Below are positions 49,802-60,395 of a DNA stretch of 64,000 nt, in pieces. The stretch is from positions 62,001 through 126,000 of the forward strand of contig NMRA01000556.1 of NCBI GenBank assembly GCA_002633005.1, written 5' to 3'. Within the stretch, counting starts at the first letter, position 1, and each line of letters starts with the position of its first letter. The notes beneath the pieces are model-generated. The model had not been told where the DNA came from, did no database searches, and saw nothing but the letters and a program-made list of their open reading frames with translations. The DNA comes from Phoronis australis (lineage: Eukaryota > Animalia > Phoronida). A program made the translations under genes and the position numbers.

Positions 49802-49819
49802 CATAGACTATAATCTATG
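49802..49819. mobile_element. 18-bp P-element-like micro-insertion or excision footprint
   Basis: CATAGACTATAATCTATG (CATAGA...TCTATG palindrome) flanked by the perfect 7-bp direct repeat GTAAGAC (49795-49801, 49820-49826). Confidence 0.65.
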
Positions 49820-51688
49820 GTAAGACGAATCATATTGGTTTTTACGCATTAAACAACTATATCTCGCTGTTTTCCGGCGTGTCCGCTAGAGGTAAGGGGA
49901 TCGACAGGCAGCACTCGTTTAATCACTGGTTGATTAAACCTCGGCAGTCACTGGTTAGCTTTACAACAAAGAAGAAATGGTTGGGTGTGCACGATTTTAA
50001 GCCTCGTCAACATCACTGCGAACCAAGTTTCTCGCTTCAGAGTCAATAACGTCAGAAAGACCGAGTACAGTAATATGCGACCTGGGCACTGAGTTTATGA
50101 GTTTGACACTCTAGCTGCAATGCCAACAGGCTACAAAAATGCACCCCGAAAAGGCACAACCACATCTTTCCGATTCACATTTCTTGAACCCAAATTTAGT
50201 AAGCACCGATTTAGTCTGTACAAAAGACCACAAACTATATATCATTCCACATTTACTCTTTCTCCACCAGTCATGTCGGTTTGTTTACATATAGAGCGCT
50301 ACCTGTTGACAACTCAACCAGCCAATTAGAAAACCCGGTGTAAAACATTTTCCTGAGGCTAATGAAATGATACTTCCGTGCCCCCTTCCCCCTAGCGGAC
50401 AAGCAGGGCACCAGCGAGACAATGCGACCATAATGGTGTCTACAAAACTGGTTTCCTGGTTTTACTGAAAGTCTGGCTAAGTACTGACTGCATATCACAG
50501 ATATCACAGCCGGTGTTTGCATGAGAATAAGAACACGCAAGTCTCGTCGGCGAGGTCATGTTTCCAAAAGTATACCAATGTGCTATGATTACTCACATTC
50601 AATGTAGGGTTATTTGATCTTTTCTTAGCCTTATTCACATGGGATGCGAGTAAGGAAAAGAGAAGAAACGTTTTGCGACACGTGGGAATTTTTGGCGAAT
50701 TTATTTCACTTCGAGTTTATTTTGTTGTACATTACCAGACATATATTCAGCTGATGGTCATTTACAAATAGTGCTCTGGGTAAATCGTTAGTCTGCACTG
50801 TAGTATCCCAAGCCCATTGAAAATCCATCCTCTGTTGTGTTAGCAACAGCTACTTGTGGGACAAGATGGGGGACGGTTGAATTTCCGGCAACTGCGATAG
50901 GCTGGAATGAATAGTCTGATTGATAAGTCGGAATTACTCAACATTTAAATTTTCTTAAAGTATCAATAAACAACTGGTCCCACCTTACATATTATTCACC
51001 TCTGTGAAACTTAAGGTTATATATAACCTCATCATATAAACTAGTCTGTGTATTACACTAAATATTAACAAAGCCATATATTTAAATTGAGTAAAAGAGC
51101 ACATTTTCCGAAAGTAAAAAGCCTACATATATATAATGTGACTTTAAACTTTATACTAATATCCACGTTACTATGTCTTTTCACTAAAAATTTGCAAAAT
51201 AGAAAGGTATATACATGTAACAGCAAAACAAGATTGGAATTACGTGACCAAAGTTTGTTTGATATAAATGTTCAAAATGAAATCTCAAAAACGCTGTTGT
51301 AACGTCTATTTTTTAGAAAAAAAGTCCTGTTTTTGATAACCCCTCGTGAAAAAGTGTAACATTTTAACAACAATTACTAGCAATTTTTTCACAATACTAT
51401 ATGAAGCGTGTTTTCTCAATGTTTCATTTGAGTCCCATCAGCCGTCATTTCTGAGATATGAAGTGCCAAAAATAGCCAAATTTGGACATTTTCTAGAGTA
51501 CTACATAACTTTAAATGCCCATAAAGTGACGTATTCGAAGTCCATTGTATTGGGGTGGAACGCTTTGTATTTTCGTGGGTTCTTTTAAGAAACCCTGTGA
51601 CTTAGTGACGGTCTCTGCCAAACCTGTTAGTTGGTTTCTACAATTCATTGCACTTTTTCTGAATATGAACTGATCACAAAACAAAAAA

Positions 51689-51808
51689 TCTCTCTCCCTC
51701 TCCCCCACTCTCTCTTTCTCTCCCTCCCCCCTACCTCTNCCCCCCTCTCTCTCTCTCCCCGTTCCCCCTATCTCTCTCTCCCTCTCCCCCACTTTCTCTC
51801 TTTCTCTC
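51689..51808. repeat. CT-rich low-complexity tract containing an N at 51739
   Basis: Seen directly. Confidence 0.9.
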
Positions 51809-52108
51809 ACTCGTAGCGACAACAGTTCCTGAACAGCAATCAAGTAACCAACGCATAATCTGAGTCACAGAATTCCTTGGAAAGCCTCATTTTCCCTACA
51901 TTGCAAACAAATTTCCTTGTCTATTCTGTGTCTATTACGCAGGCTGGAAAGGGCTCAGCCTCACGCTAGATAGGGATATCTGAGGACCATGCATGTATAT
52001 AAAACGGAAAATTAAACCAAAAAAATGGCCACCCTTTTAAGAGAGTTGCATGAACTTATCTCGAAGACAGCGATACGTGTTTCACTGACCCTTTCCTTCA
52101 TCGGTGCT

Positions 52109-52929
52109 TTAGTCTCCCAATCCACTTAACTCGTCATCGTCTTCTTCATCAATCTCATTCTCGTCTTCTTTTGGTAAAAATAGTTGCGGCTCGCTTACTT
52201 TCTTCACAAAATGGCGCACACTGTCAATTGTCACACTCTTGGTCGTCGCCTGCGACGATTTTTTCTTTGAATTGGTTAGGGACGACGTCACCATTTTTAC
52301 TCCCGGTTTGTTCTCGGGAAAGTCGAGGGTTAAGATTAAATTTTGATCCGTCTTTTCCTCACTACGAGGATTATCCATGAAAATCATCAGAGCATTGTCC
52401 AGTTCCTTCGCCTTTATTGGTCTATGAAAAGGTAAGAAGACCGAAGCAATTGTTCCGGAGATACAGCTCAACGGCGCGACAAGGCTTGGCAGATAAGCGA
52501 TCACGATGTCGTCTTTGTCGTCGTCATTTTCCTCATCTTTAGTCACCGCTTCTTCGCACAGAGCAGACGTCTGCGACTCGTACGGGTTGAAAACAAGACC
52601 CTGTTGTTCACTTGTCTTTTCGCATACGTCAACGAATGAACTTGATCGCGCATCGCCCTGTAGGGTTTCAATGGTGGCCCGTCTGTGCACAGGTTGGATA
52701 TCTGAGAGGGAAATGTCCATTGGTTGTAACTGGTGACCACTTTCATATTGGAGCGAATCGCAAGAGTTTTCGATGACGATCTGTCGTTGGGATGTCACTA
52801 CGAATCGTTTGAAAAGATAAACAGCTATCGTGAGAATCACCACAAATATTCCAAGTGCGATACCCGTGCCCATCGCCGTGTAATCTTTCGTAAACACGTT
52901 CCCAAATATGCGATGATCTTCAGTCATGG
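52109..52929 (-). CDS. Terminal exon of a TSP1-repeat single-pass membrane protein (TM helix plus ~230-aa acidic cytoplasmic tail)
   Basis: Acceptor tatttccAG, phase 1, 272-aa open frame. TM segment GTGIALGIFVVILTIAVYLF followed by KR. D/E-rich patches. Confidence 0.88.
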
Positions 52930-53280
52930 CTGGAAATACAGTACAATTACATAGACAACTCTAAGAACTTTTAACCTAATTATTGTAACTGGCAGTAAAA
53001 TACCGTCTTACTTGGCGGGGGAAGAAATACGGGTTTTCCTATCATGAGGTCCAGACCCTAAGTTGGTTTGCATATTGAAATTTGTGTGTTTGAAGGACAA
53101 GCGGAATGTTTGTTAATCAATGTAACGAGAACAAAGCAAAACACCAAGTGGAACGTAATAAGAACTGTAAATCGGAAACAACAAATCGACAGAGATAGGA
53201 GGGCCGGTCGTAACTATCACCACGTTCCAACAGCATCGCATTCTAGCGCCTCAAGCGATTGAACTGAAAGTAAGCATTAC

Positions 53281-53463
53281 CGGTGTTGCTAACGCAGCCT
53301 TCCTGAAATGTACAGTTCCTGAAGCGGGCAGCATTCCCGACGCAGTCTTTGCCGCCATTGCTGGGTCTCGGGTTATTGCAGTATCTACGTTCCACAGCCA
53401 CTCCGTGACCGCAAGTGGTGCTGCAGTCGCTAATGAGTTTGTAATCGGACCAGCCACCATCAA
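53281..53463 (-). CDS. TSP1 domain exon (phase 1-1)
   Basis: (V)DGGWSDYKLISDCSTTCGHGVAVERRYCNNPRPSNGGKDCVGNAARFRNCTFQEGCVSNT. AG/GT boundaries, 183 nt. This frame is not in the ORF track. Confidence 0.93.
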
Positions 53464-54333
53464 CTACAGTACACAGTGGATGTCATAGTTTAATCGGAGT
53501 TGATAAACATTTTACGACTTCTTTGGGATTTAAAGACGCCTGGAACCAATGAAAATACCTTTTACAGGGATCGTGATGAGTCTACTTCTTGAATATGCTA
53601 ATGTGAGAGTTATTCACTTTAAATATTGCGAAGAATTTCTAGACAAAATCGCCAGATTCGGTATTTTCGATACACAGACGAAAAGTGCTCTTTCATCACA
53701 ATACAGTTTTTCTAATTCACCGCCCCTAATAATACATATGCGGGCATGCTCTTACAGAAGTTGGCCGGGGACAGGCTGCAGCCATAGATTATAGACAACA
53801 GATTCGCAACTCCGACATTTTCTTGCGAAATAATGCATATCCTAGAGTAGGCGCCGACCTCTAAACATAGCAAACTCAGCTTCCGGCTAGTGTATTGTGA
53901 CGAGGAATTCTCCCATCTAGTTTGTTGCCAAGTAAAACGAAAAAAAAAATCGGCATTCAAACGCTGTCCAAGGTCTTCCAACAAAGTAGAATCCACAAAG
54001 TATGAGCGGCACCGGCGTGCATTCGAGCTTAAAAATGACTCAAACGTAGGCCTACAGTGCTGTGGAAGTGCGAGAATGTTTGTTTGAGTAGGCCTGGTGG
54101 TCATTTCTGGAGTACTAATATGAGCTTCACTTAGGAAGCTTACGTCTTTGGTAAGATCACAGATTTCGTCCATTGAAAATATACAGAGACGGCGGTCCAT
54201 GTACCGGCTATAGTCTATACTGCAGGTTGAAATCGTCATTGTTTTGGTTACACCAAAGGTCTAATGTCACATTTTCCATATAAGGGAAGCGTGTTACGTC
54301 TATATGTCTTATAATATCAAATAAGGAGACCTG

Positions 54334-54484
54334 GAGTGCGTTCAGTAGACGCTAGGACCTACGCTAGGACCTAGCTAAAACCTATTCAAAGTCACGTGTT
54401 CAAATTTAAAATGCACGGCAATATCTCACGTTATCTCGCGAAGTCTTGCTTTTTAGTGAGGACCTAGCGTTACTGAACGGGAGG
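54334..54484. mobile_element. Small MITE; interior shared with 37945-38060
   Basis: Inverted repeat CGTTCAGTAGACGCTAGG / CCTAGCGTTACTGAACG. The interior CACGTGTTCAAATTTAAAATGCACGGCAATATCTC matches about 37988-38022. Confidence 0.55.
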
Positions 54485-56407
54485 CAGCTTTGCCGCGTGG
54501 GACAAAAAGCTACAAAATGACGAGCTGTTGACTGATCGATGCTTTGAAATTTGAAACTAAAAGAAAAATATTTTGAAATACACAGAAATTTAAAATCTTA
54601 ACGAACAAAACGTAAAAATGCCTGGCGAATAGTTTGACTTGTGTTTCAGTGGCAGAGAACCACTTCGAATAATGCAATGTTGTCTGACTTTCACGTTCTA
54701 TCATATAAGATAATCACAGCATGACTTCAGAACTCAATGTATCTTGAAGCTAGCTCTCAAAAGAGAAGTGTATTACTTTGATGCAGTTAAGGCAGATAAA
54801 CCAAACTTATGAGAAAACAATGAAGTTGCATTTAAAAGGATATGAAGAAACATTTTCTTAAGTACATGTGTCTAGATTTCATTCCACCATACAGTACTGC
54901 AATTCATAAGTCTACAGTGAACACATATCCTCAACAAATTCACAACTCAGGCCCACCGGCGCTTGGCACAGGCGAAAATCTCCGCTCGAAAATAGGAGTG
55001 ACGGCATATTTGAACATGCGCTTGTGTACCCGGACTTGGCCTCGTATAAGATGACGACCAAAAAACGTCAAAACTCCCTGTTTGCTAGTATTTTTTACGT
55101 TTTTCAATCATTTTTCCGAGCGCCTTACTCACAAATTTGGAGTCGCCTGGGGTTTGCCTATAGACGTCGCCAGTGGCCTGGTCGCCGGGGACATCGTGGT
55201 TGTCATAAGCGTCTTCTGCAGTGGATTATATGAAATGGACGCTTTGTTGAATTTGACACTTGCAAGGTCAAGTCAATCACCGTCTGCCATACTACGCTAC
55301 AACAAATTTATTCTTAAAAAGAACCATATGATTATCTTCGCAGTTTTTAAGCCAAATCCCGGCCTGGCTGACAGCCCAAGTAACAGGTGCTGTGCACCTG
55401 ACTGGGTGACGTACTCCTTTGCATATAGGGCAAACAGTGCCACACACAGAGCTAACTCGAATCGCCCTATAATCATGGAATTCCGTAAAAAGTTGAAGTA
55501 TTTTGAGACTTCTACTTTCATGCTTAGTTAGTCACTTTATACGTAACCAACATTAGACGAGACATTTCATTTTTTGGGGTCTTGAGTAAAGATAGCACTG
55601 CATTCTCGCACATACCACGTAGTTCGGCCTGCCGGTGGATGTTTTAAGATTTTTTTCATTCGAGTTCAGTTGCAACGGAAGAGTGCGAAGAAATTAAGGA
55701 AGTTTCCGCTAAGTTTTATCTAGTTTGTATGTTCAGCGACATTGATGGCATTTGTACGGCAGGACCGATCGGCGGGTATCATTTTTTCATTTGTTCTCTA
55801 GTTCAAATTGGCTGCTGTCCGGAATACTCTTGGAGAGTGCCCGGCTTCAAATTCAGCGTCGGCAACTAGGATCAGGGGTACGTCAAATCCTTTGAACTTC
55901 GGTCTGTGGACTACAATTTAAAAAATTAAGTGTCCATGTGCTGGTAGCGCTGGATGCAATATTTCTCCACACTCGCCATGCGGGGGATTCCGTATGAAGT
56001 CACTCTGACGTCACAGAACAGGAAGGTATTCCCCATGGCTGCCGGTATTTGACGATCGTCGTGATATTTATAACAAAAATAGATGGCAATATTTTGTAGT
56101 GTCGAGGTATTTCTGAACATTTATCGAACTAAAACAATAGATTGTAGGTTTCAATCAAATTTTTCAACCATAAATGCTAAAATTCTTCGTTTAGCCGTCG
56201 TTTTCTTGAAACAGGCCGTCTTTTTATGCCTTGGCCGTGCCGTCCAAAGCCGTCGTTTTTTAAATGTCCGTCCCCGATGACGGCCAGGACGGCCACTAGC
56301 TCAATACCTACTTGCAGGAACATAGAAAAATGTCCAAATCTGGCTAACGTCGGAACAACATAACTCAGACATGGACGACTGGATTCACATGAAACTCTTA
56401 AGCATTT

Positions 56408-56636
56408 TAAGCAATGTTTAACAAAATACTGGTAAGCACTGTTTAACAAAATACTGGTAAGCACTGTTTAACAAAATACTGGTAAGCACTGTTTAACAAA
56501 ATACTGGTAAGCACTGTTTAACAAAATACTGGTAAGCACTGTTTAACAAAATACTGGTAAGCACTGTTTTACAAAATACTGGTAAGCACTGTTTAACAAA
56601 ATACTGGTAAGCACTGTTTAACAAAATACTGGTAAG
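56408..56636. repeat. 25-bp minisatellite (GCACTGTTTAACAAAATACTGGTAA) x ~9
   Basis: Near-perfect contiguous units. Confidence 0.97.
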
Positions 56637-57214
56637 AATAGCTTTTTAAAGTGTTCCAATTTGTACGTACAGCAATCAATAATAGGACAATGTTAGTTTT
56701 AATGAAAAACTTAAGTTGCACATAACGAAAACGAAATGATCTTTTTGAAAATTGTACTAGCGTTTTGGGAATCTCATCTTGATGATCGATATGACATAAA
56801 ATTTGTTAAGTGCTGTTGGCAGCGTGGTTTTGCTTTAAAAGTACTTTCCATTTTTGCTAATTTTCAAAAAAGACGTGGAAGCGTCAACCAATCAGTGGAG
56901 TAAAATGTAAAATATTAAATTTTTCAGGCTTTCTACTTTCAGAAACTATATATTTTAATTGTATTGAACTACATGTATATATCTTTTAGACATTTGACAA
57001 AATACGCAGACAAGTCATTACAACCCTGCATAAGTATGTAACTATACTCATGAATTGCAAAGCGCTCAATTGAGTCAATATTATTTGAGATTTGTTGCAC
57101 TGGCTTACAATTAGTGACCCTGTCGGTCAAAAAGCCTACTTAGGCCCACCCAGCTCCGAGAATACAACTTTTCTAAAACGCTGTCATCACGCTATCAAAT
57201 CAGAGACAAGCAAT

Positions 57215-57603
57215 GGTACCAACACATGCACGGGCATCGCATCTGAAGCACGAACCATCTACGGACCTAATAAGAATCATGCATACGAATCCATGAATCA
57301 TGCATACGAACCCAAAAATCACGCATGCGAACAAAAATCATACGCACGAATCACAAAAACCACACACACGAATACGAATCATGCGTACGAGCATCCAAAT
57401 CGTACGTACGAAACACTTAAAAGATAAAGTGTTGGTGCGTATGGTGCGATGTTCGTGTATATGATATTGTGTTCATATAGGAGTTTTATAGATCACGCAT
57501 ATTTGTTCGTCTGCATGATTTTTGGGTTAGTGTGCATGATTCATGGGTTCGTAGGTGGTTCGTGCGTAAGATGCAATGCTCGCGCGTATGATTCTATGGT
57601 ACC
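57215..57603. mobile_element. Foldback element built from inverted arrays of ATCATGCATACGAA-like units
   Basis: The left arm GCATCGCATCTGAAGCACGAACCATCTACG pairs with the right arm CGTAGGTGGTTCGTGCGTAAGATGCAATGC. GGTACC lies at both ends. Confidence 0.65.
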
Positions 57604-58111
57604 CTGACAAGTAAACGTGTTTAGTTACCGGGGGTTTTTCGAGGTCACGCGGCCGTTTTCGTTCGGACTTGATAAAGAAAAAGAAGGGAAACGAGTGCCG
57701 GAAAGACAAGAGAAACTTAATAGGTCCTGAAAAATAAAAAGTCAGTCGCCGACAGCGTTTTTCCTAAGTGGTCTGATGAAAAAAAAGACCAGACGTCTGA
57801 TCCGCCTTTTGCCTTCAGTTCTCATTCTCTGTTCGCCAATGGTGATAGCACGTGATTGGCAAAAATACTTTAATATTATCGCTAGTACACGAAAAACGAC
57901 AAATAGGTCACTTTATGAACGCTTGTGATTAAAATAGTATAGGGTGGAGCTCTAACTTGTGGCCAACCGCTGCGTTCTTATAAAAGTACTCATCTAAATG
58001 CTGTGTAAAAGGCTTGCACTGACTGAACAGCGAACGGTTACAGTCTACCCGGATACTGATTCCCTGGAATCCGCGACAGAAATATCGCTGGTAACGGTGT
58101 AAAGGAACGCA

Positions 58112-58279
58112 CTGATGCGCCGTGAAATGTAACAATTTCGTAAAATGTAACAATGGCACATTTCTCGCATGCACACTCGACATAAAGCATAACAGTTACG
58201 TAAAATGTAACACGTAACATGACGTAATATGTAACACCCGTTATATTTTACGAAATTGCTACATTTTACGGCGTATCAG
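58112..58279. mobile_element. 168-bp MITE with a 4-bp TSD (superfamily unresolved)
   Basis: ~40-bp TIR CTGATGCGCCGTGAAATGTAACAATTTCGTAAAATGTAAC. CGCA is duplicated at 58108-58111 and 58280-58283. Confidence 0.75.
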
Positions 58280-58696
58280 CGCACTCTATCAGTGACGGGT
58301 TTGTAGCTCCAAACCTAATGACAATCCGGTATTTACATGTATTAAATTCCGAAGGATTTTCAGTCAGCCTTCAGGTCCATTTTCTTTCCTTTTTCAAATA
58401 TTACTATTCAGATTATAATGACACTGGTGCAAGAGTTTATTACCGGGAAAATATCCTCATAATCTACTAATGCCCTTCCAAACATGACTTCCAAAGCATC
58501 TTACTCAAACCAGTGCACAGATGTTAGGGAGTTCTACGAGAAACTGGTCGCGTTTGGGTACTGAACTGAAAACAGCAGAATGGTGTGATTCGACGATCGA
58601 CTCGCGAGTGTTCTCATGTTATGCAGAAATCAGCGAAGTCGAAATCCGCCAAGAATTCTCGAGGTAGACCATAATCTACCACGAGTACCAGAGTAC

Positions 58697-58864
58697 CTGG
58701 ACAAGAAGAGCCGTTGCATGGCAAGACCTCAAAGGAATTGCTGAAAATGCGACATCTTCCTGATGCTTCCGTTTTCTCGCCTATGCCGCAGTCGAACGTG
58801 CGCACTCTTTTTCCGGAAGCGCAGAGACTGTCGCACTCTGACCATTCGTTCCATTTCTCACTCG
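58697..58864 (-). CDS. TSP1 domain exon (phase 1-1), upstream exon of the membrane-protein gene
   Basis: SEKWNEWSECDSLCASGKRVRTFDCGIGEKTEASGRCRIFSNSFEVLPCNGSSCP, acceptor gttccgcAG. Splicing to 53463 gives the canonical CPVDGGWS junction. Confidence 0.88.
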
Positions 58865-59377
58865 CTGCGGAACAAAAGAGGAACTTGGCGTCAACAAAAT
58901 TTAGATACCCGAGCAGTGACTCAGACGGGTGACTGCATTCATAATCAAGTGACATGTTGAAGAACACAGCAACAAATCCTCTTCACAAAACCTTCGCGGG
59001 GGCTAGACTCTAGTTGTGAACGTAAGCCAGAAAGTGACTAATCCGTCCTAATCGATTCACAACTGAAATCGCATGGATAAGCCTGCGCTGTTGAAGAAAA
59101 CCTATTCGCTAATTCAACATACATCGATTTTAAAAATTCGAAGACGGCTAGTATAACTTTTCAACTTTCAAAAACAGTGCTGTTGGTCGTTTGCCTTACT
59201 TAATGTTCGATATTTGACTTTGAAACTCGTGCGTTATAACGGGCATGTTGATTTACGACGGCAGTTACCTTGTCCAATATAAATTTGGCCAAACCCATGA
59301 ATAACGACAACCTCATTTTGAGCTGCCACCAAGCTCTTGATATGCCGAGAAATTTTCTGGATGTTCAGGGGTTAAGA

Positions 59378-60301
59378 TACGCAATGACCATCGCCTCTGT
59401 TGGCCCGACCAGAGGCGATGCAGCTCCTATAGACGCTCCATATGCCGGAAGCTTTTCGGCGAATTATGCCTTGCACCAACTAAAACATCAAAGTCACGTT
59501 GTTATAAATACCTTTTGCGCATAGAGGAACACCTTAGGATGTGTTCAATTCCTTCCTACTCAACAAATACTCCCGTTGTCAAACTTTTTCTTCGAGCAGT
59601 CCGTATTTCAGTTCCCAAAATCGTGAACTCACCATTTTTATACTGCGCACGCTCCAATTTTTACTGCGCTCGCTAGGTGATGTGACTTCATGACCTAAAT
59701 CTTTAAATACGCCAAAGGTGAGCCATTGCGGTCTTGTCAGTCAAATGTTCGTTTCCAAAATGCCACCACTACATGTACTTGTCTTTAACTGGCGTTATTG
59801 TATTTCAATGAATAATTATTTGTATTTGATAAAAATAAATGCTGTTGATATGAAATTTAATAGTCTTTGTGCAAATATTTGATTTAATGTTTAACAACAC
59901 GGTAAATGCACGGCTGGTTCCCGGCAGCATGTACGCAGAGGGCGGGGACTTCAACTTTCAAAGTTCGCGGGCAGGACCGCAACTTCCGACCTTCGGCCTG
60001 GTTAAATGAATGAGGTCCTATCTCTTGGCGTGCGCCGAGTGAAAATGGTGAGTTCAGGATTTTGGGAACTGAAATAGGGACTGCTCGAAGGAAAAGTGGT
60101 ATTTGTTCGAGTAGGAAGGAATTAAACACATCGACAACCTCCTAAGGTGTTCCTCTATGCGCAAAAGGTATTTATAACAGCGTGACTTTGATGTTTTAGT
60201 CGGTGTAAGGCATAATTCGCCGAAAAGCTTCCGGCGTATGGAGCCCCTATAGGAGCTGCATCGCCTCTGATAGGGCCAACGGAGGCGATGGTCATTGCCT
60301 A
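59378..60301. mobile_element. Non-autonomous element with ~190-bp TIRs (TA-flanked Tc1-like or TAG-ended Academ-like)
   Basis: 59381-59572 is the reverse complement of 60095-60298, with scattered mismatches and one short indel. Termini are TA(C/G)GCAATGACCATCGCCTC. Confidence 0.85.
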
Positions 60302-60395
60302 GGGTTAACAGTGCAATCTTTCTCGTCCACTGACGTGCAAAACCCTATAGCGCAAAAGTTGCCTAATGGTTCAAGCAGTTTACAACTTATCTTAA

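Noticed and set aside
51511-51843. RE-rich 110-aa ORF
   Set aside because: It is a CT/GA microsatellite containing an N.
56408-56636. CRISPR-like 25-bp repeats
   Set aside because: Head-to-tail minisatellite without spacers.
57929-58320. Minus-strand frame restored by removing the 168-bp MITE (FGATNPSLIECVPLHRYQRYFCRG...)
   Set aside because: The acceptor phase does not match the TSP1 exon, and there is no good donor or recognisable domain.
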